A stretch of 64,000 nt of DNA from Sphingomonas paucimobilis (GTDB lineage: Bacteria > Pseudomonadota > Alphaproteobacteria > Sphingomonadales > Sphingomonadaceae): NCBI GenBank assembly GCA_943369235.1, contig CALRMO020000001.1, positions 8,211 to 72,210 on the forward strand, in the 5' to 3' direction. Below the pieces are notes generated by a model. The model saw only the letters and a list, made by a program, of their open reading frames with translations, was not told the DNA's origin and did not search any database. Numbering within the stretch: position 1 is the first letter of the stretch; each line of letters begins with the position of its first letter. Made by a program: the position numbers and the translations under genes. Positions 28,104 to 36,469 of this stretch are shown here, piece by piece.

Positions 28104-30242
28104 ATGAAAGCACTGCTCCCACTGATTTTGGCAATAAGCCTGAAGTCCTCGCCCGCATTCGCCCAGAAAGAGACCATGACCGCAGAAACCATCAAGCCGC
28201 CCGTCGCCGCCAAGCGCCCGCACAGCGCCACCTATCATGGCGTGACGTTGACCGACGACTATCACTGGCTGAAGGATCAGAGCTATCCGACGATTGATGA
28301 TGCGGAAATCCTCGACCATCTGAAGGCCGAAAATGCCTATTTCGAAGCGCAAATGGCCCCGCAGGCCGCGCTCACCGAAACGATCTTTCAGGAAATGAAG
28401 GGACGGGTGAAGGAGGATGACAGTTCGGTCCCGCAAAAGGATGGCGATTATATCTATTGGTCAACGTTTGAAACCGGCGGACAGTATCGCAAGCATTACC
28501 GCAAGCCTGTTGCGGGCGGTGCGGACCAGCTGGTCCTTGACGAAAACGCACTCGCCAAGGGCAAGGAATATTTCCGCCTTGGCGCGGCCGAGGTCAGCCC
28601 CAATGGCAAGTTACTGGCGTACGCTTATGACGACAATGGTTCGGAACGCTTCGACCTGCAATTCCGTGATCTGACGACGGGCGCGGAGCTGAAGGATGTC
28701 ATCCCCGGCACATTGTCGAGCATTGTCTGGTCGTCGGACAGCAAGGGCGTTGTCTATGGCCTTGCCAACGAGAACTGGCGCACCGACAATGCCTGGTATC
28801 ATCGCCTGGGCGAGGAGCTGACCAAGGCGAAATTGCTCTACAAGGAGCAGGATATCGGCTTTGGCGTCGGTGTCGGCCTGACCGCGCAGGAGGACTGGAT
28901 CGTTATTGGCACTGGCGACAATGTCACGAGCGAAGTGCGGCTGGTGCCTGCCAGCGACCCGACCGCGACGCCGATCATGGTGTCGCCGCGCCAAGTGGGT
29001 CGGCAGTATTCCGTCGATGTCCGCGACGGTACGCTGTTCATCCACACCAATGACGATCATGTGAATTTCCGCGTGGCGACTGCTAGCCTGAAGGCTCCGG
29101 GGATGTGGAAAACGTTGATCGCCGGATCTGACCGCCATTATCTGACGGGCCTTGCTTTGTTCAAGAATTTCTATGTGACCGAAGGCCGCATCGACGGTCT
29201 CGATCAGGTCGAAATCCGCGATTATGCCGATGCCAAGAAGGTGCAGCCGATCAAATTTCCCGAGGCGAGCTATGACGCAGGCCTTGGCGATAATCCCGAA
29301 TATGATGTGACAAAGCTGCGGCTCGGCTATGAATCGATGGTTACGCCTGACACGGTGTTCGATTATAACTTGGCCGACGGCAAGCTCGAAACGCTGAAGG
29401 TCCAGGAAATTCCCAGTGGCTATGATCCGAGCCAATATGTCACCGAACGCGTGATGATCACTGCGCGCGATGGCGCCAAGGTGCCGGTGTCGGTGCTGAT
29501 GAAAAAGGGCTTCAAGAAAGACGGCAGCCAGCCGCTTCATTTGTACGCCTATGGCGCTTATGGCTACGCCGTGCCGCCCGGTTTCAGCGCCAATCGCCTG
29601 TCGATGGTCGACCGCGGCTTTGCTTATGCCATCGCGCATATTCGAGGCGGCGATGATTTGGGCTATCAATGGTATCTCGATGGCAAGCTGACCAAACGGA
29701 CCAACACGTTCAACGATTTTGTCGATGCGGCAAAGGGCTTGATCGAGCTTGGCTTCACCAGCAAAGGCAAGGTCACCGCGAGCGGCGGCTCGGCAGGCGG
29801 CGAGCTGATGGGCGCGGTGGTCAATCAGGCGCCCGAACTGTTCGGCGCGGTGGTCAGCCACGTCGCCTTTGTCGATGTGCTCAACACCATGCTCGACAAG
29901 GACCTGCCGCTGACGCCGGGCGAATGGCCCGAATGGGGCAATCCAATCACCGACAAGGCCGCGTTCGACTATATCCGCAGCTATTCGCCCTACGACAATG
30001 TCGAGGCCAAGGCCTATCCGCCAATGCTGTGGACCGCAGGCCTCAACGACCCGCGCGTGACTTATTGGGAACCAGCAAAGATGGTCGCCAAATTGCGCGC
30101 GATGAAGACCGACGACAATGTGCTGTTGCTCAAGACCAATATGGGTGCTGGCCATGGTGGCAAGTCCGGGCGGTTCGAACGGTTGCGCGAAAATGCCGAG
30201 GAGGCAGCGTTTTTGCTTTGGCAGTTGGGGATGGTGGAGTGA
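28104..30242 (+). CDS. ptrB: Oligopeptidase B (S9A)
   Basis: DDYHWLKD, GGSAGG nucleophile, NDPRVTYWEP, GHGG; SD GAGG before MKALLPL. Confidence 0.95.
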   Translation: MKALLPLILAISLKSSPAFAQKETMTAETIKPPVAAKRPHSATYHGVTLTDDYHWLKDQSYPTIDDAEILDHLKAENAYFEAQMAPQAALTETIFQEMKGRVKEDDSSVPQKDGDYIYWSTFETGGQYRKHYRKPVAGGADQLVLDENALAKGKEYFRLGAAEVSPNGKLLAYAYDDNGSERFDLQFRDLTTGAELKDVIPGTLSSIVWSSDSKGVVYGLANENWRTDNAWYHRLGEELTKAKLLYKEQDIGFGVGVGLTAQEDWIVIGTGDNVTSEVRLVPASDPTATPIMVSPRQVGRQYSVDVRDGTLFIHTNDDHVNFRVATASLKAPGMWKTLIAGSDRHYLTGLALFKNFYVTEGRIDGLDQVEIRDYADAKKVQPIKFPEASYDAGLGDNPEYDVTKLRLGYESMVTPDTVFDYNLADGKLETLKVQEIPSGYDPSQYVTERVMITARDGAKVPVSVLMKKGFKKDGSQPLHLYAYGAYGYAVPPGFSANRLSMVDRGFAYAIAHIRGGDDLGYQWYLDGKLTKRTNTFNDFVDAAKGLIELGFTSKGKVTASGGSAGGELMGAVVNQAPELFGAVVSHVAFVDVLNTMLDKDLPLTPGEWPEWGNPITDKAAFDYIRSYSPYDNVEAKAYPPMLWTAGLNDPRVTYWEPAKMVAKLRAMKTDDNVLLLKTNMGAGHGGKSGRFERLRENAEEAAFLLWQLGMVE

Positions 30243-30249
30243 GAAGAAC

Positions 30250-30760
30250 CTAGGCTGCGGGATTTTCTGCTGCGCGTCGCTTTTTGGCAACTTTTGCCTT
30301 TGTGTTCGGACCTTTCTTGAACGGGTCGCGAAGCGTAAACGTCGGTTCATAAAGCCGGACCAGGGGCAACACGAATCGTCTCTTTTGACTTAGCAGCTGA
30401 TCTGAATCACCAATGTGAACAATTTCATTTCTGCTGCGGTTAATCGCTTCGGCGAATTTCCAAAGTTTCTTTGTAGCCGTTTTGCGATCTTGGTCCTGAA
30501 TAATCGGCCTTAAAAGCCTTGTGAATTTGCCCTGCAATCCGTTCGCGGATTTGAGTACAATATCTATCGCTCCGTGATCGATTATTCCTCGCTCGGCAAA
30601 CTCTGCTCGAATTGCCAGATTTACGGCAATTTCTGCCGAAGTTGCCGCTAACAACAGCAGCGGACCATTCATCCCGACGATGCAACCCGCTTAATTTGGT
30701 CCATTGCTTTTTGATTTTCCGAATATCGTCGCAATCGGCATAGGATACGGAATCGCCCAT
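30250..30760 (-). pseudogene. Frameshifted HEPN-like gene
   Basis: ORF 30440-30760 N-terminus (...DEWSAAVV) continues in ORF 30250-30672 (AATSAEIA...RNEIVH) after a frame change near 30649; R-x4-H motif. Confidence 0.6.
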
Positions 30761-30790
30761 ATTATTCTTACCTTCTTGTAGAGAGTTGAA

Positions 30791-31039
30791 TTATGAGACC
30801 TCGTCCCCATCCCTAGGGTATTCCCCACGTTCCCGCGTCATCACTTCCAACGCTGTTTCAACATCCGCCCGCGCCCGTCGTTCTTCGAAAAAATCGGTGG
30901 TGCGCAAGGCTGACAGCTTTTCGGCCACTGCCGTTACGATCAACTGGTTCAGGCTGGTGCCGTCCTCGCGTGCGACCTTTTCCAGTTCTCGCTTTAGCGA
31001 GGCGGGAAGGCGCAGGGCGTAATTGCTGGCAACACTCAT
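30791..31039 (-). CDS. Ribbon-helix-helix (HicB-like) antitoxin
   Basis: YALRLPASLKRELEKVAREDGTSLNQLIVTAVAEK; 4 bp overlap with the PIN gene. Confidence 0.85.
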   Translation of the reverse strand: MSVASNYALRLPASLKRELEKVAREDGTSLNQLIVTAVAEKLSALRTTDFFEERRARADVETALEVMTRERGEYPRDGDEVS

Positions 31040-31449
31040 TTCAGTTTCTCCAGTATCTCGCGCGGGGTCGCCAAATGGACGTCGAACCGGTCGGCGGCCA
31101 TGGCAAAGTCGCGCGTGTTGAATGTCACAATTGTTCGGTTCTGTGCATTAATTGCCGCCTCTAGTACCATTTCGTCATCAGCATCGCGCAGTTGCGGCCG
31201 CCACCGAAAATGAATATCGACGGGGTCGGCCAAGGCAGCTAGAGCGTCAATCAGCCAGAGTGCCTCGGCCGCCGTCAGTTCACCGGCCTGAAGATGCTCT
31301 TCGCGCGTCGCGACCGATTCATACTCCAATACCATCGCAACCGTCAGTTCGATATGCATTTCCCCTCGCAATACGCGGCGTATAATCTCTGCCGATGCTC
31401 CTTTGGTGCTGCGAATGGCAGCAATGATGACATCGGTGTCTAAAATCAT
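31036..31449 (-). CDS. PIN domain putative toxin
   Basis: MILDTDV, LEYESV, RWRPQLRDADDEMVLEAA, IVTFNTRDF. Confidence 0.9.
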   Translation of the reverse strand: MILDTDVIIAAIRSTKGASAEIIRRVLRGEMHIELTVAMVLEYESVATREEHLQAGELTAAEALWLIDALAALADPVDIHFRWRPQLRDADDEMVLEAAINAQNRTIVTFNTRDFAMAADRFDVHLATPREILEKLK

Positions 31450-31461
31450 GATCATTTCTAT

Positions 31462-31483
31462 CATATCGTAAGCGATATGTCAA
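31462..31483 (-). promoter_or_regulatory. Promoter with palindromic operator for the PIN-RHH operon
   Basis: Minus strand TTGACA-N17-TAGAAA; palindrome CATATCG-N4-CGATATG at 31462-31479. Confidence 0.7.
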
Positions 31484-31535
31484 TTTCGACCGCTGCTAGT
31501 TGACCTTCCGCGCCTAACTGCCGATAAAGGCGTGG

Positions 31536-31928
31536 ATGCCCTTCACCCGAACCTTCACCGCAACCCCTGCCGACATCGACGAGCTTGGCCACGTCAACAA
31601 TGCGGTGTGGGTGCGGTGGATTCAGGATATGGCGACGTCGCACTGGCAGGCGGTGGCGAGCCCTGAACATATCGCGGCGTATTTCTGGGTCGTGACGCGG
31701 CACGAGATTGATTATCGCGGCAATATTGCAGCGGGCGAAAGCGTCACGGGCCGGACCTGGATCGAAAGTCAGCCCAAAGGCGCGCAGTTTGACCGGCGGG
31801 TGGATTTTGTCGATGCTGCGGGCAAGGTGATCGTGCAGGCGAATACCACCTGGGCAATGATCGATAAGGCGAGTGGAAGGCTGGCGCGGGTTCGGCCAGA
31901 AATTGCAGCGCCGTTTCTGGGTCGATAG
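31536..31928 (+). CDS. Acyl-CoA thioesterase (hotdog fold)
   Basis: DIDELGHVNNAVWVRW, HEIDYR. Confidence 0.92.
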   Translation: MPFTRTFTATPADIDELGHVNNAVWVRWIQDMATSHWQAVASPEHIAAYFWVVTRHEIDYRGNIAAGESVTGRTWIESQPKGAQFDRRVDFVDAAGKVIVQANTTWAMIDKASGRLARVRPEIAAPFLGR

Positions 31929-31975
31929 GTTGGGCTTACTTCGACGCCTCGCCTTCCTTTAGCGTTGTGCACGTT

Positions 31976-32120
31976 TAATCTCACGCAAAGACGCTAAGAC
32001 ACAAAGAAGGAAAAAGATTGCGCGAAACGCCTTTTGGGTTGATTTCCGAGGCAGTGAAAAAGCAGAGATAGCGGACTCCACTTTTACTCTTCTTTGTGTC
32101 TTCGCGTCTTTGCGTGATAA
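31976..32120. repeat. Octamer-armed inverted-repeat element, 145 bp MITE-like copy
   Basis: Arms 31981-32009 and 32089-32117 are 28/29 inverted identical; three octamers per arm; left end TAATCTC. Confidence 0.88.
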
Positions 32121-32123
32121 AAA

Positions 32124-32906
32124 TTATCCCAAACCAGCGGTACGCGCTGCCGCTTCTGGCTCCTCCAACGGATAATCCGGCAGTGAGTGAAACGCGTCGC
32201 GCAACGCTTGGCTCCAGCCATCGGAAATACTTTCGAAATAGGGATCGTCCGCGGTAATGCGACGCTCGTGGAAGGCGTGAAAGTCGTCATTCCTGTAGAG
32301 CATCAGGTCAAGCGGAAGCCCGACCGAGAGGTTCGCTTTCAATGTGGAATCGAACGACACCATCAGCAATTTCGTGATGTCGGCAAACGACATGTGCGAT
32401 TCAAATCCGCGCACCAATATCGGGCGACCATATTTGGTTTCGCCAATCTGGAAGAAGGGTGTCTCGGAGCTGGCTTCGATAAAATTGCCTTCGGGGTAAA
32501 TGAGGTAGAGCCGGGGTTCCATACCCTTGATCTGGCCGCCCAATATCACACTCGCCTTGAAATTGGGTGCGTTGGGGGTCGCGGCCTCGTCGCCCGTCAA
32601 TGCGCGCGCGACGATGGTATCGCGCAGCGTCTGGCCGATGATATTCGCGGCCTGGAACATTGTGGGCGCGGCCAGGATCGATGGCTTGCGGTCACTGGGT
32701 GCCTTGGTTCGTTCCTCCAACTGGCTGACCAGCGCTTGCGTTGTTGCAAGATTACCTGCGGTCATGATTGTGATGAAGCGTTCGCCGGGCACTGACCAGC
32801 TGAACATTTTGCGGAAGGTCGAGATGTTATCCACGCCAGAATTGGTGCGCGTATCGGACATGAACGCCATGCCCTTTTCCAACAACATTCCTACGCAATA
32901 TGTCAT
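32124..32906 (-). CDS. anbu: Proteasome-type protease Anbu (Ntn hydrolase)
   Basis: MTYCVG (Thr1), SDTRTNSGVDNIST, AGNLATTQ, QIGETKYGRPIL, SNLSVG-like ANLSVGLPLD. Confidence 0.95.
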   Translation of the reverse strand: MTYCVGMLLEKGMAFMSDTRTNSGVDNISTFRKMFSWSVPGERFITIMTAGNLATTQALVSQLEERTKAPSDRKPSILAAPTMFQAANIIGQTLRDTIVARALTGDEAATPNAPNFKASVILGGQIKGMEPRLYLIYPEGNFIEASSETPFFQIGETKYGRPILVRGFESHMSFADITKLLMVSFDSTLKANLSVGLPLDLMLYRNDDFHAFHERRITADDPYFESISDGWSQALRDAFHSLPDYPLEEPEAAARTAGLG

Positions 32907-32942
32907 CTGAAACTGCCAGCCCCCGCCCTCATTGTCTTTACC

Positions 32943-33743
32943 CTATTGTTCGACGCGCAAAGACACAATCATGCTTTTGTCCCTTGCGCCGAATGACATG
33001 CCCGAAACCGGCGCGGCGTCGCGATAATCGAACCCGGTGGCGACCCGGACATAGCGACCATCGGGGCTGATCCCGTTCGAGATATCGAACCCGACCCAGC
33101 CGATATGATCGATATGCGCTTCCGCCCAAGCGTGGCTCGCGGTTTGCTCAACGCGGTCGTTCATCATTAGATAGCCAGAAACATATCGCGCGGGTACGTT
33201 CATCGCGCGGCACGCCGAAATGAAGATGTGCGCATGATCCTGGCATACGCCAGCGCCCGCCGCGATCGCCTGTTCGGCGATGGTGTCGACACCGGTTTCG
33301 CCCGTGCGATATTCGACTGACGAAAGGATGTGCGCCGACATCTCGTGCAGCATCGCGATCTTGTCTTCCACCGTTCGGTCGATGCCAGAAAGCAGCCGGT
33401 GCACACCGCGCCCGGCGCTGGTTAAACGGGTAGGACGGCAATAGGCCCAAAGCGGAACGTGACTTCGGTGGCGACCCAATATGCCGTGATTATCGGCCGT
33501 TTCGACCTGGCCCGTGCAATTGATCGTGATGGCAGTCCGGCCTTCTTCGATGGAAATCAGCGTCACATGATTATTGTGCGGGTCGTCATGCTCGGCCTCG
33601 ATCTTGCCGCCGTCGATAACCAGATTCCAGTCGCTGACGGTCTGTCCCGCGCCGTCCTTTGGCCGCAACTTCAACCTTTGCAACGCATAGCGTACGGGCT
33701 TGTCGAACTGATATTCGGTGGTGTGCTGGATGGACAAAAGCAT
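32943..33743 (-). CDS. Transglutaminase-like protein
   Basis: GVCQDHAH, PARYVSGY, HAWAE, FDISN catalytic triad motifs. Confidence 0.95.
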   Translation of the reverse strand: MLLSIQHTTEYQFDKPVRYALQRLKLRPKDGAGQTVSDWNLVIDGGKIEAEHDDPHNNHVTLISIEEGRTAITINCTGQVETADNHGILGRHRSHVPLWAYCRPTRLTSAGRGVHRLLSGIDRTVEDKIAMLHEMSAHILSSVEYRTGETGVDTIAEQAIAAGAGVCQDHAHIFISACRAMNVPARYVSGYLMMNDRVEQTASHAWAEAHIDHIGWVGFDISNGISPDGRYVRVATGFDYRDAAPVSGMSFGARDKSMIVSLRVEQ

Positions 33744-34684
33744 CAGTGATTGAACCTGTATTCCTGCTCGACCATGCCGGCGAGATTGCGGTTGACGCGA
33801 AGGAACTCGATCAGGAATTCGTGCAGGCCGTCTTCCAATATCGCTTCGGCGGTGAGCGATGCGAACCCGGCATAGATTCGTTCGGCTTCGGCCAGGCTCG
33901 CCGATTGAATGCCGTAGGACATTGCGAGGTGACGGAGATTATCGGTCAACTTGCCATAGCAGAAAGCAAGACTTCGCGGAAACCGGCGGTCGAGAATAAG
34001 GAATTCGGCGATGCCCAAGGCGCTCGCCCGGCCGGGGTAGAGCCAGCGATAAGCGCTATAGGCCGAGGTCGAGCGCAGGATCGTCTCCCACTGGATATTG
34101 TCAAGCGAGGAGCCGACGAAGGAGACCGAGGGCAAAAGCACATAATATTTGACATCGATCTGTCGCGCCATGCTGTCGGCACGCTCGATGAAGTTGCCGA
34201 CGCGGCTGAAGTTATAACCATCGTTGCGTAGCATCGTGTTTTCCAGCGCGCCGCGGACCTGAGCGGTCTGCCGTTCGATCATGTCGATGGTGGCGGGAAG
34301 ATCGGCTTCGCGCACTTGCCGCTTCAACGCGTCATTGACGCAAATCCAGCATTCGTTGACCGCCTCCCACAATTCGCGGGTGATTGCGGTGCGGGTGGTG
34401 CGCGCATTTTGCCGCGCGCTATCGATCAGGTTGCGTAAATTACCCGGATTGTTCTTGTCGCGCAGCAGATAGTCGACGACTTGCGCCGCGTTATAGTCGG
34501 CATGGGTCGCACGATACGCGGCGTCCATGCCGAGCGCGGAAAGGATCGAACGCCATTCGTCCTGCCGCCCGCTGTTGCGCGTGAGAGTAAAGCGATGCCC
34601 GGTTTCGATGAGCCGCGCAATATTCTCCGCGCGTTCGAGATAACGGAACAGCCAGAATATCCCCGAGGCGGTCTTGCCTAGCAT
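33743..34684 (-). CDS. Alpha-E domain protein
   Basis: WLFRYLERAENIAR, GNFIERADSMAR, FPRSL: two alpha-E ER repeats. Confidence 0.95.
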   Translation of the reverse strand: MLGKTASGIFWLFRYLERAENIARLIETGHRFTLTRNSGRQDEWRSILSALGMDAAYRATHADYNAAQVVDYLLRDKNNPGNLRNLIDSARQNARTTRTAITRELWEAVNECWICVNDALKRQVREADLPATIDMIERQTAQVRGALENTMLRNDGYNFSRVGNFIERADSMARQIDVKYYVLLPSVSFVGSSLDNIQWETILRSTSAYSAYRWLYPGRASALGIAEFLILDRRFPRSLAFCYGKLTDNLRHLAMSYGIQSASLAEAERIYAGFASLTAEAILEDGLHEFLIEFLRVNRNLAGMVEQEYRFNH

Positions 34685-34696
34685 GAGGAGCGGACC

Positions 34697-36127
34697 TCAA
34701 TCATCCTCGATCACCCAGCTGTCCTTGGTGCCGCCCCCTTGGCTCGAGTTGACCACCAGCGAACCCTTGCGGAGCGCAACGCGAGTGAGGCCGCCCGGCG
34801 TGATGTCGATCTTGTCGGGTGAAACCAGCACGAAGGGCCGCAGATCGACATGGCGCGGGCTGAGGCCGCTGTTGGCGAAGATTGGAATGGTGGACAGCGC
34901 CAGTGTCGGTTGCGCGATATAATTGGCAGGCTTCGCCAGCAGCTTGGCCCGAAAATCGGCAAGCTCGCGCTTGCTTGCGGCTGGACCGATCAGCATCCCG
35001 TAACCGCCCGATCCGTGGACTTCCTTGACCACCAGTTCGGACAAATGGTCGAGGACATAGGCAAGCGAATCTTTTTCCGAGCAGCGCCAGGTATCGACAT
35101 TCTTGAGGATCGGTTTTTCGCCGGTGTAGAACTCGACGATGTCGGGCATGTAACTGTAAATTGCCTTGTCGTCGGCGATGCCGGTGCCGGGCGCATTGGC
35201 GATAGTGATTTTCCCGGCGCGATACAGGTCGAAAATACCGGGGATACCCAAAACCGAGTCTGGCTTGAAAATCAGCGGGTCGAGATATTCGTCGTCGAGG
35301 CGGCGATAGAGCACGTCGATCGGCTGGTAGCCACGCGTCGTCCGCATCGCGACGCGGCCATCGACGATGCGGATGTCGTGCCCCTCGACCAGCTCCGCGC
35401 CCATCTGGTCGGCAAGGAAGGCATGTTCGAAATAGGCGCTGTTGTGGATGCCGGGGGTCAGCACCGCCACCACAGGATCGCCCTTGCACGCCGGCGGTGC
35501 AACGCGGCTTAAGGATGCGCGCAGGTTCTTGGGATAATCGCTGACGTTGCGGACGCGGATGTTGCTGAACAGTTCGGGGAACATGTTCATCATCGTTTCG
35601 CGGTTTTCGAGCATGTATGAGACGCCCGACGGGGTTCGGGCGTTATCCTCAAGCACGACAAATTCATCGGGCCCGGTGCGGACCAAATCGATACCGACGA
35701 TATGCGTGTAGACCCCGCCTGGCGGCGTGAAGCCGATCATTTGGGCAACGAACGCGTCGTTCTTTTCGAGCAATTCGACGGGTAGTCGTCCGGCCCGGAC
35801 AATCTCTTGTCGGTGATATATATCCTGCAGAAAGGCATTGATCGCGCGCACGCGCTGTTCGATGCCACGCGAAACTTTGGTCCATTGCCGCGCCGTAACG
35901 ATGCGCGGAATGATGTCGAAAGGGATCAGCCGCTCTTCGGCGTCATCGTCGCCATAAACCGCGAATGTTATGCCGGTGCGGCGAAAAAACTCTTCAGCGT
36001 CGCGGGCCTTTTGCTTGAGATGCGTGCTGCCCTGTCCGGCGAACCATTTATGATAGCTTGCATAAGCGGCGCGCGGCGTTCCGTCTGCGTTGAGCATTTC
36101 GTCGAAACAGGGCGGTTTTGATGCCAT
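34697..36127 (-). CDS. Circularly permuted type 2 ATP-grasp protein
   Basis: ERLIPFDIIPR, LEDNARTPSGVSY, DVLYRRLDD, NAPGTGIADDK, VVKEVHGSGGYG, VVNSSQGGGTKD. Confidence 0.95.
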   Translation of the reverse strand: MASKPPCFDEMLNADGTPRAAYASYHKWFAGQGSTHLKQKARDAEEFFRRTGITFAVYGDDDAEERLIPFDIIPRIVTARQWTKVSRGIEQRVRAINAFLQDIYHRQEIVRAGRLPVELLEKNDAFVAQMIGFTPPGGVYTHIVGIDLVRTGPDEFVVLEDNARTPSGVSYMLENRETMMNMFPELFSNIRVRNVSDYPKNLRASLSRVAPPACKGDPVVAVLTPGIHNSAYFEHAFLADQMGAELVEGHDIRIVDGRVAMRTTRGYQPIDVLYRRLDDEYLDPLIFKPDSVLGIPGIFDLYRAGKITIANAPGTGIADDKAIYSYMPDIVEFYTGEKPILKNVDTWRCSEKDSLAYVLDHLSELVVKEVHGSGGYGMLIGPAASKRELADFRAKLLAKPANYIAQPTLALSTIPIFANSGLSPRHVDLRPFVLVSPDKIDITPGGLTRVALRKGSLVVNSSQGGGTKDSWVIEDD

Positions 36128-36139
36128 TGCCCCTACGTC

Positions 36140-36194
36140 TGCACAAAAATAATGCAGAGAACAAGTAACTTCGCACCTGCACAAAATATGGGCA
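36140..36194. promoter_or_regulatory. Two NtrC-like boxes upstream of the Anbu operon
   Basis: TGCACAAAAATAATGCA (36140-36156) and TGCACAAAATATGGGCA (36178-36194) versus consensus TGCACCA-N3-TGGTGCA. Confidence 0.55.
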
Positions 36195-36201
36195 GCGCCG
36201 C

Positions 36202-36366
36202 CTAAAAGTCGATTGCAACGCCCTTCAGCTCCCAATCGCCATAGCGCACCGGATCGGGACGATCAGGATCGGGTTCGGGCTCACGTCCGACGTCTTTGGG
36301 CTCGGGCACCGGCGGGCTTTTTGACAGATAGTCGGGGGCTTTGACGTGGGCCGGGCGTTTTCCCAT
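36202..36366 (-). CDS. DUF1674 (SdhAF4-like) small protein
   Basis: PDPVRYGDWELKGVAIDF C-terminus; SD AAGGA. Confidence 0.9.
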   Translation of the reverse strand: MGKRPAHVKAPDYLSKSPPVPEPKDVGREPEPDPDRPDPVRYGDWELKGVAIDF

Positions 36367-36469
36367 GATGCGTTCCTTTATGCTGCTCCCTAGATTGGGC
36401 TTTGTGCGTCGCTTTGCAAGCCGATAACGCCGTTGTTTTAATCGCCGCAGCGGCCTAGTGGCGTTGCGC

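Noticed and set aside
28050-28436. 129 aa N-terminal extension of the aminopeptidase ORF (and the 178 aa extension of the ptrB ORF, 27570-28103)
   Set aside because: Each extension is the antisense shadow of the divergent neighbour; family homology starts at 28049 and 28104, and an SD precedes 28104.
28611-30350. 579 aa minus-strand ORF and similar long antisense ORFs (for example 15202-16092, 39778-40707, 53505-54680, 58741-59661)
   Set aside because: They lie fully opposite well-supported genes, have no recognisable motifs and are expected from biased codon usage in GC-rich DNA.
32955-32970. GCGCAAAG-ACACAATC, resembling an octamer arm
   Set aside because: It lies inside the transglutaminase coding sequence (VSLRV), lacks the TAATCTC end and has no partner; probably chance.
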